Assembly: GCA_031459915.1 (NCBI GenBank)
Contig: JAVKHO010000005.1
Coordinates: 32,806-96,805, forward strand
Length of the DNA stretch: 64,000 nt
Origin: Candidatus Tepidifontimicrobium thermophilum
GTDB lineage: Bacteria; Sysuimicrobiota; Sysuimicrobiia; Sysuimicrobiales; Sysuimicrobiaceae
Direction: 5' to 3'
Shown one piece after another: positions 1-8,891 of this stretch. The number at the start of each line of letters is the position of its first letter. Position 1 is the first letter of the stretch. Under the pieces are notes generated by a model, which worked only from the letters and a program-made list of their open reading frames with translations, was not told the origin of the DNA and ran no database searches. The position numbers and the translations under genes were made by a program.

Positions 1-1
1 G

Positions 2-250
2 GCGGCCCTAGCCGACGCCGTGGCGGCCTTCCGTCAGAACCCCGCGGGGGTCCTGGAACGTTACGGGCGGGAGATCTTCGGGCTTACAGGCCAGGAGGAG
101 ATCCAGCTGGCAGCGCGGCGGCTGCGGTTCGTGTACACGAGCCGCTGGGACCCGCCCTTCCTGGACCGCCAGGTCCGCCAGATCCGGATCGTCCAGGCCC
201 GCTCAGAGTTCCTCCCGAACGTGCCGCCCGAGGAGGTGTTCTGGCAGTGA
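2..250 (+). CDS. Partial CDS (C-terminus), possibly an ABC substrate-binding protein of the SsuA/NMT1 type
   Basis: Frame is open from the window edge. The stop overlaps the next start (GTGA at 247-250). Family assignment is a weak guess from a short fragment. Confidence 0.35.
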   Translation, partial: AALADAVAAFRQNPAGVLERYGREIFGLTGQEEIQLAARRLRFVYTSRWDPPFLDRQVRQIRIVQARSEFLPNVPPEEVFWQ

Positions 251-1350
251 TCGGGCAGGTCCGTGCTGCGGTGGCCACGGCGCCTCTACACACCGAGCTC
301 CAGACCTTCTCCCTTCCCGAGGTCGGGCCTGAGGACGGCCTGCTGCAGGTGGAGGCCTGCGGGCTGTGCGGTACGGACTGGGAGTACTACACGCGCCAGC
401 GCGGGGCGCACCTGGGCCCCATGATCCTCGGGCACGAGATCGTGGGCACGGTCCTGGCGGTCGGGGAGAGGGCAGCCCGCCGATGGGGCGTGCGGCCAGG
501 AGACCGGGTAGCGGTGGAGGAGTTCCTGCCCTGCGGCAGCTGTGTTTTCTGCCGCACCGGCCGGCCGGCCCTGTGCGACGCCACCGACTCCCGTTCGGCA
601 GGTCCGTTCCTGCGCTACGGCGCTACACCCGTGGACATCCCGCCGTCCCTGTGGGGCGGGTTCAGCGAGGTCCTGTACCTGCACCCCAGGGCGCTGGTGC
701 ACCGGGTCCCTCCGGGGCTTTCCCCCGACCTCGCCACCCTGTTCGTGCCGGTGTCCAACGGGATCCGGTGGGTCCGCCGGGACGGACAGCTGCAGCCGGG
801 AGGGGTTGCGGTGGTGATCGGGCCCGGCGCGCACGGGCTGGGATGCGTGGCGGCCGCGGTGGAAGCCGGGGCTTCCAAAGTGTTCGCGGTGGGGCGGTCC
901 GCGAGTCCACGGCTGGAGGCGGCCCGGGCCCTGGGCGCCACCCCCCTCGAGTCGCAGCGGTCGGACGTGGTGCAGGCGGTGCGGGAGGCCACGGAAGGGC
1001 GGATGGCGGACCTGGTGATCGACTTGGCCCCCGGCGGCCCCGACGGCCTGCGGACGGCCCTGGAGCTGGCAGCTAAGGGCGGGGTCGTGCTGTTTGCGGC
1101 CACCAAACACGGTGAGGTCCCGGTACAGGCGGTGGCGGAACCCATCGTCCGCAAGGGGCTGGTGGTGAAGGGCGTGCGCGGGAGGGACTTCCAGGCGGTG
1201 GAAGAGGCTCTGGCGCTGCTGGCCAGTGGCCGGCTGCCCTTGCACCGCCTGCGCACGCACCGTTTCGGCCTGGAGGAGACGGACACCGCCCTGCGAGTCC
1301 AGGGGGGGCGGCTGGACCCATCTGCGATCCACGTGGCCGTGGTGCCTTGA
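247..1350 (+). CDS. Zn-dependent alcohol dehydrogenase (MDR superfamily)
   Basis: Catalytic CGTD and GHE motifs, structural Zn motif CGSCVFC...C, Rossmann GPGAHG. Confidence 0.9.
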   Translation: MIGQVRAAVATAPLHTELQTFSLPEVGPEDGLLQVEACGLCGTDWEYYTRQRGAHLGPMILGHEIVGTVLAVGERAARRWGVRPGDRVAVEEFLPCGSCVFCRTGRPALCDATDSRSAGPFLRYGATPVDIPPSLWGGFSEVLYLHPRALVHRVPPGLSPDLATLFVPVSNGIRWVRRDGQLQPGGVAVVIGPGAHGLGCVAAAVEAGASKVFAVGRSASPRLEAARALGATPLESQRSDVVQAVREATEGRMADLVIDLAPGGPDGLRTALELAAKGGVVLFAATKHGEVPVQAVAEPIVRKGLVVKGVRGRDFQAVEEALALLASGRLPLHRLRTHRFGLEETDTALRVQGGRLDPSAIHVAVVP

Positions 1351-2567
1351 GCGGAACTCCGACCAGCGTCAGCGCGGCGCACCGCCTCCTCGTCTGGCTG
1401 TACCTTCCGACCCTCGCCCTGAGTGTGGGCCAGGGCATGATCTTCCCCGCCATACCGAAACTGGCGGAAGCGTTCCAGGTGTCCGCAGGCACCGCGGGGC
1501 AGGTGGTGACGGCCTTCGGGGCGGGCCGCATGCTCATCCTGCTGCCCGCGGGCGTATTGGTGGACACCTTGGGCTCGCGGGCGGTCCTGCTCCTGGGTTC
1601 CACCCTGGCACTGGCCGGCGCGGTGGCGGTGGCCGCGAGCCCCGCTTTCTGGGGCGTGCTGGCCGGCCAGGTGCTGGCCGGAGCTGGGGCCAGCCTGTGG
1701 ACCCTGGGCAGGGAGGCCGCGGGACTGGAGTTCGTCCCTCCAGAACGGCGCGGACGCCTGCTCAGCGCCTTCTTCGGCCTGCAGATGGCGGGCAACGCCC
1801 TGGGCCCGGTGGCCGCGGGCCTGTTGGTGGACCTGTCTGGCCTGCGCCCCACCCTCTGGGCGGCTGCGGGCGTGGCCCTGGCGGTGTGGATCCTCAGCGC
1901 GGCCACGCGGGAACAGCTTCCGGCCGCTTCCCGTGGCCGGAGGGCGGTACAGCTGCGCGGAGCCCTGCGCTTGCTGCCCCAGGCGTACCGCGCGGCGTTC
2001 GTCATCATCACGTTTTCCACCTTCGTCCTCACCCTGTACCGCGCGAGCCTGAACACCCTGCTCCCCCTGTACGTGGGCACGGAGTTGGGGTACCCGGGGA
2101 CGGTGGTGGGCGGGCTGTTCGGGATCACGAGCGTCCTGATCCTGGCCTTTATCCTGCCCGCGGGCGTGCTGCTGGACCGTTTGGGCCGGAAGTGGGGCGC
2201 GGTACCCGCGTGTCTGGTCCCCGCAGCCGCCTACGCCCTCATGCCCTTGGCGCGGTCGCTCCCCTCCCTGGCGGCCGTGGCGGTGCTGTTCGGTGTGGCA
2301 GGCGGGCTGTCGCTGGGATCCATGTCCACGCTGAGCTACGACGTGATCCCGGAGTACGCCAGGGGGAGGCTGCAGGCCTTGCGCAGGCTGGTGGGCGAGG
2401 TGGGAGGCCTCGTGGGCCCGTTCGTGGCAGGGCTGGCCACCGACCTGCTGAGCCCCGGCACGGGCTTCCTCCTCCTGAGCCCCCTGCTGCTGGCCGCGGG
2501 ACTCCTGCTGGCCTTCGGAGTCCCGGAGACCCTCCCCCAGGTGAGGGCACGGCGGCTGGAGGGCTGA
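1347..2567 (+). CDS. MFS transporter
   Basis: About 12 hydrophobic segments and two motif-A-like loops (GVLVDTLGSR, GVLLDRLGRK). Overlaps the upstream stop. Confidence 0.85.
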   Translation: MSGTPTSVSAAHRLLVWLYLPTLALSVGQGMIFPAIPKLAEAFQVSAGTAGQVVTAFGAGRMLILLPAGVLVDTLGSRAVLLLGSTLALAGAVAVAASPAFWGVLAGQVLAGAGASLWTLGREAAGLEFVPPERRGRLLSAFFGLQMAGNALGPVAAGLLVDLSGLRPTLWAAAGVALAVWILSAATREQLPAASRGRRAVQLRGALRLLPQAYRAAFVIITFSTFVLTLYRASLNTLLPLYVGTELGYPGTVVGGLFGITSVLILAFILPAGVLLDRLGRKWGAVPACLVPAAAYALMPLARSLPSLAAVAVLFGVAGGLSLGSMSTLSYDVIPEYARGRLQALRRLVGEVGGLVGPFVAGLATDLLSPGTGFLLLSPLLLAAGLLLAFGVPETLPQVRARRLEG

Positions 2568-2570
2568 GGT

Positions 2571-3599
2571 TTATCCGGCTCCCACCGCCGCGTGCGTCGC
2601 CGTGTACTCCGGCGCGTCCTCCAGGTACACCACGGAGTCGTAGCCTAGGAGCTTGAACAGGCGGTTCTGCGCGGACAGGAACACGAGCGGCCGGTCCGGG
2701 TCGGCGTTGAAGTGCTGGTGGATGGTGTTCTGCGGGATGTACAGGAGGTCTCCCTCCTGGAAGTCCCACCGGGAGGGCTCCCTGGCCACCCGGGCGTAGT
2801 AGCGGTCCTGGATCTCCGCCTCCACGTCCCAGTGCAGGCTGTACCCGCGGCCGGACATCACGTAGATGGCCTCGTCGGCCATGTGCCAGTGTTTGCCAGA
2901 CCGGCTGCCCGGAGGGATCTCCTGCTGGTGGACGTCCACGCTGAACACCCGGACGTCGGTGCGCTGGGGCGAGGTGAGCACGCGGACCTTGCCTTCCCGG
3001 GTGATCTCCCACCGGGTGTCAGAGGGCTTGACGACCTTCTTGCGTTGCTCCACGCCGGGGGTCCACAGCCGGGACCAGTCTTCCCGGGGTCCGTAGGCCC
3101 CGTCGGGGGTCCGGCCGATCTTGCCCTGCTGGATGAGTCCCAGGAACATCCACGTGGCCTTCGCCTTGATCACCAGGGCGAGCGCCCGCCGCTCGGGGTC
3201 CGCGTTGAAGTGGCGGTGGACGGAGTCGTTGTGGACCACCACCAGGTCGTCCTTCTCCCAGTCGTAGCGCTGGCCGTCGTGGATCTCGTAGCCACGGCCC
3301 TCCAGGATGTAGAAGGTAGCCTCGTTCTGGTGTCCGTGGCCGCGGTTGGACCCACCGGGGAACAGCTCTACGAAGTGCATCTGGATGGTCTGGGTGAGGA
3401 ACGGATCATCCCCCGGGCCCAGGATCCACCAGGTGCGGGACTGCTCCGAATCCCCGGAGTGCCCCACCTGAGCGTCATCCACCACGGTGCCCGCAGGCCG
3501 CACCCGGGGCGCGGAACGCTGGCGCCGGCGGAACTCCTCTAGCCCGTACTGCTCGGAGCTGATCCCCCGCAGGAACACCCGGCCCTCTTCCCGGCTCAT
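2571..3599 (-). CDS. Bicupin protein A (two complete cupin metal motifs)
   Basis: HGHQNEATFYILEG...HRHFN and HWHMADEAIYVMSG...HQHFN. RBS AAGGAGG upstream. Confidence 0.85.
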   Translation of the reverse strand: MSREEGRVFLRGISSEQYGLEEFRRRQRSAPRVRPAGTVVDDAQVGHSGDSEQSRTWWILGPGDDPFLTQTIQMHFVELFPGGSNRGHGHQNEATFYILEGRGYEIHDGQRYDWEKDDLVVVHNDSVHRHFNADPERRALALVIKAKATWMFLGLIQQGKIGRTPDGAYGPREDWSRLWTPGVEQRKKVVKPSDTRWEITREGKVRVLTSPQRTDVRVFSVDVHQQEIPPGSRSGKHWHMADEAIYVMSGRGYSLHWDVEAEIQDRYYARVAREPSRWDFQEGDLLYIPQNTIHQHFNADPDRPLVFLSAQNRLFKLLGYDSVVYLEDAPEYTATHAAVGAG

Positions 3600-3643
3600 G
3601 GCTACGACCTCCTTTCCTTGGTGCCATGGCTGCCGCGGCTTTC

Positions 3644-3696
3644 AGGGTACGGGACGGTGGCGAACGGCACAACCGGTCGGTTCGGGAGAGCGGAAC
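3644..3696 (-). promoter_or_regulatory. Promoter of cupin A: GTTC-N9-GAAC box, 7 nt, TTGTGC-N17-TACCCT
   Basis: Box GTTCGGGAGAGCGGAAC at 3680-3696. On the minus strand, -35 at 3672-3667 and -10 at 3649-3644. Confidence 0.75.
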
Positions 3697-3708
3697 CGGC
3701 AAGGTTTT

Positions 3709-4233
3709 TTAGACCAGCCAGGCGGCCAGAAGGCCCGCACCCGCGGCACCCAGGACGAGCCACAGGGGCTCCACGTCCCGCGGCCCGGCCAGCCACGCGG
3801 CCGCCGCGAGGCCCACCAGCTCCGGCCAACCCGGGCGGAGGGAGTCCGCCAGGTCCCATGCGGCTGCGGCGATCAGGCCCGCCACCACGAAGGCAGCTGG
3901 GGCGGCCACGGAACGGACCCCAGCCTCCAGCCGGCGCAGCCCTGCGTGGACGAGCGCGGAGGTAGCGCAGGCGGGCAGGATGACGCCCACGAGCGCCGCG
4001 GCTGCTCCCGGGAACCCGCGCAGGAGGTAGCCCACGCCGGCTACGAAACCTGCTCGGGGCCCCGGGAACAGGTAGCTGCTGGCGAACACCCACGCGAACG
4101 CCTGGGGATCCAGGACGCCGGAACGGACCCACTGGTGCTGGATCACCGCCACAAGCCCGTTGGCGCCGCCAAACGCCGCCAGCCCTCCCAGGGCCGTTAC
4201 CAGAAGGATCTCGATGAGGCTGGGCGGGTTCAC
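3709..4233 (-). CDS. chrA: Short-chain chromate transporter (CHR family), second half of pair
   Basis: AFGGANG and FPGP motifs, hydrophobic. GTG start overlaps the partner's stop (GTGA). Confidence 0.75.
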   Translation of the reverse strand: MNPPSLIEILLVTALGGLAAFGGANGLVAVIQHQWVRSGVLDPQAFAWVFASSYLFPGPRAGFVAGVGYLLRGFPGAAAALVGVILPACATSALVHAGLRRLEAGVRSVAAPAAFVVAGLIAAAAWDLADSLRPGWPELVGLAAAAWLAGPRDVEPLWLVLGAAGAGLLAAWLV

Positions 4234-4838
4234 GGCAAAGCCTCCCCGCGGAGCAGCGCCCAGCCGGCCAGCAGCCCGACCACGGCCGCGGCCACCAGAG
4301 GAACTCCCCGGTGCACCGCCCAGCCCACCGCGGCCGCCAGCACTACACCCGCCAGCCGCCGGCGTGAGCTCAACGACGGCTGGCTGACCAGGTGCCAGGC
4401 GTTTCCGAGCAGGACTCCCACCACCGCCACCGACACGGACCGCTGGACCCACGCGAGCACGGGCGGCAGCGGCCCGCGGCTGGCTAGGACGACCACCGCC
4501 AGCACCATCAACGCCGAAGGCAGGAGCAGCGATAGCACCGCCAACACGCTGCCCCACCAACCCCTGAGCTGGTAGCCCACGAGCCCCGCCAGCCCGATGA
4601 ACCGCGGGGACGGCATCAGCGTGGACAGTACCAGCCGCAGCCGGAGCTCCTCCGCGGAGAGCCAGCCCCGGCGCTCGACCAGCTCCCGCTCGAGCTCCCG
4701 GGCTCCGCCCCACATGCCCCCGTAAACCGTGGTCCCGATGCGGAGGAAGCTGGCGGCCAGCTCGGCCCACGAGGCGGACGGCCTCGCACGGGTTTCCGCG
4801 GTCCGGCTAGGAGCGGGGGTGGTGCGGTGTGCTCTCAT
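4230..4838 (-). CDS. chrA: Short-chain chromate transporter (CHR family), first half of pair
   Basis: FLRIGTTVYGG...ELVERRGWLS...MPSP...GYQLRGWWG pattern typical of CHR domains. Confidence 0.8.
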   Translation of the reverse strand: MRAHRTTPAPSRTAETRARPSASWAELAASFLRIGTTVYGGMWGGARELERELVERRGWLSAEELRLRLVLSTLMPSPRFIGLAGLVGYQLRGWWGSVLAVLSLLLPSALMVLAVVVLASRGPLPPVLAWVQRSVSVAVVGVLLGNAWHLVSQPSLSSRRRLAGVVLAAAVGWAVHRGVPLVAAAVVGLLAGWALLRGEALP

Positions 4839-6066
4839 CGCCCTCGCGCTTGTTGAGGTCAGGCACCCATCGCAAGAGGGCGTTGCCTACCAGCACCGAG
4901 CCCGCGATGGCGTAGAAGACCACCACCAGCCCGAACCGGTCAGCCACGGCCCCGCCGGCCACTGGCGTGAGGGCGGAGAACACGGACTGCGCGGTAAACA
5001 GCAGTCCCACCGTGGTGCCCTCGTGCTGTCGGGGGACCACCCCGATGGCCCATCGGAACAGGGCCGGCCGCATGGAGTACAGGAAGAAGCCCAAAACCGC
5101 GAGGACCAGCACAAAAGCCGGCGTCGCCCCCAACAGCACCGCGGCCAGCACCGCCAGGCTGGTGGTGGTCATGCCCACGGTGGCCACCCGCTTGGGGCCG
5201 ATGCGGTCGGACAGCGTGCCCGCGATGGGGGTCGCCACCAGACCGGAGGCCTGGACCAGGGTCATGTACAGGCCGAGCAGGGGCGCGGGCAGGTGCAGGC
5301 TGTACACGAGGTACAGAGGAAGGAAGGTGTTCAGACCGTTTTGGGTGAGGGACCGGACCCCGGAGACCAAAGCCAGGACCAAAAGAGCCGGATTGCGCAG
5401 GGTGAGCCCGAGCCCCCGCAGCGAGGCGCGGGGGCGGTGCTCGCGGGCAGGGGGCGGGTCGACGCCGGTCGGGGCTCTCAAAGCCAGCAAAAGGACTCCG
5501 GCGAGCACCGCGCTGACGGCCACGTGGACCGCCAGCACTCCCGTCCACGGCAGCAGCGCGAGGAGCACTCCTGCAGCGAGAGGCGCCAGGGTGTCGCCCA
5601 GGTTCGCCCCCACTTCGTGGAGCGCCAGTCCGTAGCCTCGGCGGTCCGGGTAACGGGTTGACAGGCTGGTGATGGCCGCGGGGTGCCACAGGAACATGCC
5701 AAAGCCCACCACCGCCTGGCAGGCCAGCAGGGTGTAGAAGCTGGGGTGCGCGAGGACCACCCCGTAGGGCAGGATGGTGGCGGCCAGGGAGGTGGCCATC
5801 AGGCGTTCCCGGTGCCCCAGGGAGTCCACCAGGACGCCTGCCGGCAGGTTGACCACCATGCTCATGACCTGCCGCATTCCCACCAGGAGGCCCACTTGCA
5901 CGAAGCTCAGCCCCAGGTCTTTGGCGAGGAACGGCAGCAGCAGGGTGAACGCCGCGGAGATCCCGTGGTTCAGCGCGTGGCCCGCGGCGATGGCCCACAG
6001 ACCGACGTTAGAGAGATCGGGGCGGGGCAGCCGCCAGCGGAACGCGCTCTTCCACGTGGCCTCCAT
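4807..6066 (-). CDS. MFS transporter (Fsr-like)
   Basis: GHALNH...LLPFL, HPAA, GTLSDRIG motifs. ATG at 6066 preferred over GTG at 6081 on RBS spacing. Confidence 0.85.
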   Translation of the reverse strand: MEATWKSAFRWRLPRPDLSNVGLWAIAAGHALNHGISAAFTLLLPFLAKDLGLSFVQVGLLVGMRQVMSMVVNLPAGVLVDSLGHRERLMATSLAATILPYGVVLAHPSFYTLLACQAVVGFGMFLWHPAAITSLSTRYPDRRGYGLALHEVGANLGDTLAPLAAGVLLALLPWTGVLAVHVAVSAVLAGVLLLALRAPTGVDPPPAREHRPRASLRGLGLTLRNPALLVLALVSGVRSLTQNGLNTFLPLYLVYSLHLPAPLLGLYMTLVQASGLVATPIAGTLSDRIGPKRVATVGMTTTSLAVLAAVLLGATPAFVLVLAVLGFFLYSMRPALFRWAIGVVPRQHEGTTVGLLFTAQSVFSALTPVAGGAVADRFGLVVVFYAIAGSVLVGNALLRWVPDLNKREGDESTPHHPRS

Positions 6067-6109
6067 GAGCGCCAGCTCCACCTCCTCCGACCGGCCCCGC
6101 CTGCGGGCC

Positions 6110-7594
6110 CTACCGGAACACCAGGCTCTTCACCACCACGGGGACGACTCCCTGGGGCTGGATGGGCCGGCCTACGTCCACGTAGTCGAACTCCCGCAGC
6201 GCCACTTGGTCCACGCACAGGACGGGTCCGGGCACGCGGAACTCGCTGCGCAGCAGCTCGCCCACAATCCCGGCCACGTCCGCGTCCAGGACTACCAGCA
6301 GCGGCTGGCCGGACTGCAAGGTGCGGGGCAGGGCCTGGACGATCCCCGCGCACAGCTCCCGCAGGGAGGCGTAGTCCGCGCCGTGGTGCCAGTGGACCGC
6401 CAGGGCGAAGGAACCGTCCCCGTCGGCTAGGTCCAGCCGCTCCAGGGCCCGGCCCACCGCAGCGGCCACGGAGGCCGCGGTGGGCGGCTGGGAGATGCCC
6501 CGGACCGCCGCGGCCGGGACGCTGCGCACCGGGAGGAGCTCGGGGTGAGAGAGGTAAATGGTATCGCCGCTCAGCTGCACCGTGTACTGGGAAGCGCCGA
6601 TGCAGGTAGCCCGGATGGCTTCCTTCGGCTCCACCAGCCGCAGTCCCAGCTGCTGCGTCCTGCCCCGGAGGGCTTGGGCCAGCTCCGGTCCCAGGTCGCC
6701 GAAGCTGCGGTGCTCACGGCCGTACACGTACTCGCCCACCCCACCTGAGACCACCACCGTCCGGAAGGGGCCTGCGGTAGCCAGGGGCGGCGTGATCCAC
6801 GGCAGGTCGGCAGGCCCGGGCTGCCCTGCCACCACCGCCATCACCAGGTCTGCCATGAACTCCGCCAGCCGCCGGAGCTCCTGCTGGGGGGGGACGGTGG
6901 AGCCCAGCTCGAGGCTCCCCCCCACGCCCACGCGAGCCGCCAGCACCCGCCCGGCCTCCTCCACCCGGACCAGGCGGCCCTGCGGGTCCCAGGCCACCAG
7001 GCGCGCGCCCACGTGCAGGGCCGCGGTGTCCTCCACCCGGCCCCTGCGGCACACCGCGAACTTGGTGGTGCCGCCGCCGATGTCCACGTTCAGTAGGGGC
7101 TGGTCAGTTTCGCGGGACAGCTCCGCGGCGCCGGATCCATGGGCCGCCAGCAGGCTCTCCAGGTTCGGCCCGGCGGTGGCGCACACGAACTTGCCCGCCT
7201 GGTGCGAGAAGAGCTCCAGCACCGCCCGGGCGTTGTCCCGGCGGGCGGCCTCCCCGGTGGTGATCACCGCGCCGGTGTGTACCGCTTCCGGGTCGACCCC
7301 AGCTTCCCGGTAGGAGGCCTCCACGAAGCTGCGGAGCCGCTCCGCGTCGAGGGAGCGGCCGTCGGTGTACGGGGTGAACACCACCGGCGACCGGTACAGA
7401 ACCTCCCGCTCGGTGACCGCGAACCGGCTCGACAGACGCTGCCCCTGGCGCTCCAGGCGGAGGCGGGAGAACAGCAGGTGGGAGGTGGAAGACCCCACGT
7501 CCACGCCCACGGTGAGCAGCTCCACCCGCTCCCCGACGTAGACGGGGCTGTCCTCGTCCCCCAGGTGGATGTGGTCCTCGTCTTCCTCGTGCAT
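6110..7594 (-). CDS. eutA: EutA-like ASKHA ATPase (ethanolamine ammonia-lyase reactivase family), orphan
   Basis: VGVDVGSSTSHLLFSRL, YRSPVVFTP, GAVITTGEAARRDNA, FVCATAGPNLES..A.GSGA, NVDIGGGTT, SGGVGE, YVDVGRP..VVPVVVKSLVF are all EutA-type segments. 494 aa with an acidic/His N-terminus. Confidence 0.85.
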   Translation of the reverse strand: MHEEDEDHIHLGDEDSPVYVGERVELLTVGVDVGSSTSHLLFSRLRLERQGQRLSSRFAVTEREVLYRSPVVFTPYTDGRSLDAERLRSFVEASYREAGVDPEAVHTGAVITTGEAARRDNARAVLELFSHQAGKFVCATAGPNLESLLAAHGSGAAELSRETDQPLLNVDIGGGTTKFAVCRRGRVEDTAALHVGARLVAWDPQGRLVRVEEAGRVLAARVGVGGSLELGSTVPPQQELRRLAEFMADLVMAVVAGQPGPADLPWITPPLATAGPFRTVVVSGGVGEYVYGREHRSFGDLGPELAQALRGRTQQLGLRLVEPKEAIRATCIGASQYTVQLSGDTIYLSHPELLPVRSVPAAAVRGISQPPTAASVAAAVGRALERLDLADGDGSFALAVHWHHGADYASLRELCAGIVQALPRTLQSGQPLLVVLDADVAGIVGELLRSEFRVPGPVLCVDQVALREFDYVDVGRPIQPQGVVPVVVKSLVFR

Positions 7595-7602
7595 CGTGCC
7601 CG

Positions 7603-8706
7603 CTAGGTCCGGACCAGGAAGGCGTCCATGCGGACTTCCACACCGTTGGCCCGGCAGCGCTCCACGAACATGCGGTGCACCCGGGGGTCCTGGTCCGCGT
7701 ACTCGATCTGGTTGCCGCCCGCCTTGGCGTCCTTGTCCACGCCCTGGTAGTCCAGGTATCGGGTGAGCTTCCACTTGGTGCTCCCCCATCGGATGGCCAG
7801 GTAGCGGGCGGGCGTGGGGCCGGTGTTGAAGTGCTGGTGCCACCACATGCCGGGCGGCACGAACAGGGTACCGGGCTTCCACGGGATCTCCTCGAAGTCC
7901 GTGTGCTGGTCAGTCCACATCAGGCTGTAGCCCTGCCCGTGCAGGATCACCACGTGGGCCCCGGGGCCGTGGCGGTGGGCCTTCTTGTAGGTCCCCACGG
8001 GGAACTCGGACACGTGGGCGATCAGGGTGTTGTTGGCCAGCTCGAACTTCATGTGCTTGCCGCCGGCGCCGCGCTCCACCCAGTCATACAGGTGCAGGTT
8101 GTACACGTCCGAGACGAAGTTGGTCTCCCAGATCTTCTGGGTGGTGTCCGGACGCCGGTACACCGTCCCCTCGCCCGTGAAGTAATCCGCCTCACCCCGG
8201 AACCGGTCCGTGAAGTCGAACGGGCAGCCGAACACGAAGTCCAGGTTGCGCAGGAGGTTGATCATCAGGGGGGCCGTGCTCACCCCCAGCAGGCGCGCCC
8301 GCTGCTGGCCGGAGCCGTTGTGCAGGCGGTGGAAGGTGTTGAGGGGGATGGCGAACACGCTGCCCCGCTGCCACTCGAAGCTCGTGCGGGCGCCCGAGTG
8401 GCTCCACACCTCGCAGGTGCCCCGTCCCTCCAGGACGAAGAACACTTCCTCGTACAGGTGGTGGTCCACCGCGGTGGCCCGGGCCGGCGGGAGGTCGAGG
8501 ACGTACGCGATGTTGGTGTCCTCGGCTCCCAGCAGCTGCAGGTAGGCACCCCGGGCGTCCAGACGGGCCCAGGGAGCTGTCTCCACCTCGTGCAGGTCCG
8601 GCACCGCCAGCCCCGTGATCACGGGCAGGTCCTCCTGCTGGAGGAACTCGCTGAAGGCGGTCCGCCCCCACTCCTTCGGAAGCGGCAGTGGTTCCTTCTG
8701 CTGCAC
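7603..8706 (-). CDS. Bicupin protein B
   Basis: DHHLYEEVFFVLEG...IPLNTFH and KAHRHGPG...WWHQHFN. GTG start with GAGGTG RBS. Ends 8 nt before the eutA start. Confidence 0.85.
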   Translation of the reverse strand: MQQKEPLPLPKEWGRTAFSEFLQQEDLPVITGLAVPDLHEVETAPWARLDARGAYLQLLGAEDTNIAYVLDLPPARATAVDHHLYEEVFFVLEGRGTCEVWSHSGARTSFEWQRGSVFAIPLNTFHRLHNGSGQQRARLLGVSTAPLMINLLRNLDFVFGCPFDFTDRFRGEADYFTGEGTVYRRPDTTQKIWETNFVSDVYNLHLYDWVERGAGGKHMKFELANNTLIAHVSEFPVGTYKKAHRHGPGAHVVILHGQGYSLMWTDQHTDFEEIPWKPGTLFVPPGMWWHQHFNTGPTPARYLAIRWGSTKWKLTRYLDYQGVDKDAKAGGNQIEYADQDPRVHRMFVERCRANGVEVRMDAFLVRT

Positions 8707-8741
8707 GGTGCACCTCGGCGTCTGGTTTGGCAGGCATCCCC

Positions 8742-8830
8742 AGTCTACGGCCCTGTCCGGACGCGGAAAAGACCAGCGTTCGGGAATGCGGAACCCGGGG
8801 CTTGTGGCCGACAAACCGCGGGGCGACCAT
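8742..8830. promoter_or_regulatory. Bidirectional promoter pair around one GTTC-N9-GAAC box
   Basis: Box GTTCGGGAATGCGGAAC at 8778-8794. Leftward TTTTCC(8770-8765)-N17-TAGACT(8747-8742). Rightward TTGTGG(8802-8807)-N17-GACCAT(8825-8830). Both -35 elements are 7 nt from the box. Confidence 0.7.
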
Positions 8831-8891
8831 ACAGGTGGCCCTCCGGCGCGGCCGGAAGCGCCGATTCTGGTGGCGAGGGGGAGGGATTGGC

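Noticed and set aside
6110..7594. Ethanolamine utilisation (eut) locus
   Set aside because: No eutB/eutC, shell proteins or aldehyde dehydrogenase in the window
6110..7882. ORF-track N-terminal extensions (EutA 590 aa, cupin B 467 aa, cupin C 542 aa, OphC-like 555 aa, Fe-S subunit 764 aa, lysA 556 aa) suggesting fusions
   Set aside because: The extensions overlap neighbouring genes. Internal starts with an RBS or stop/start overlap give normal family lengths.
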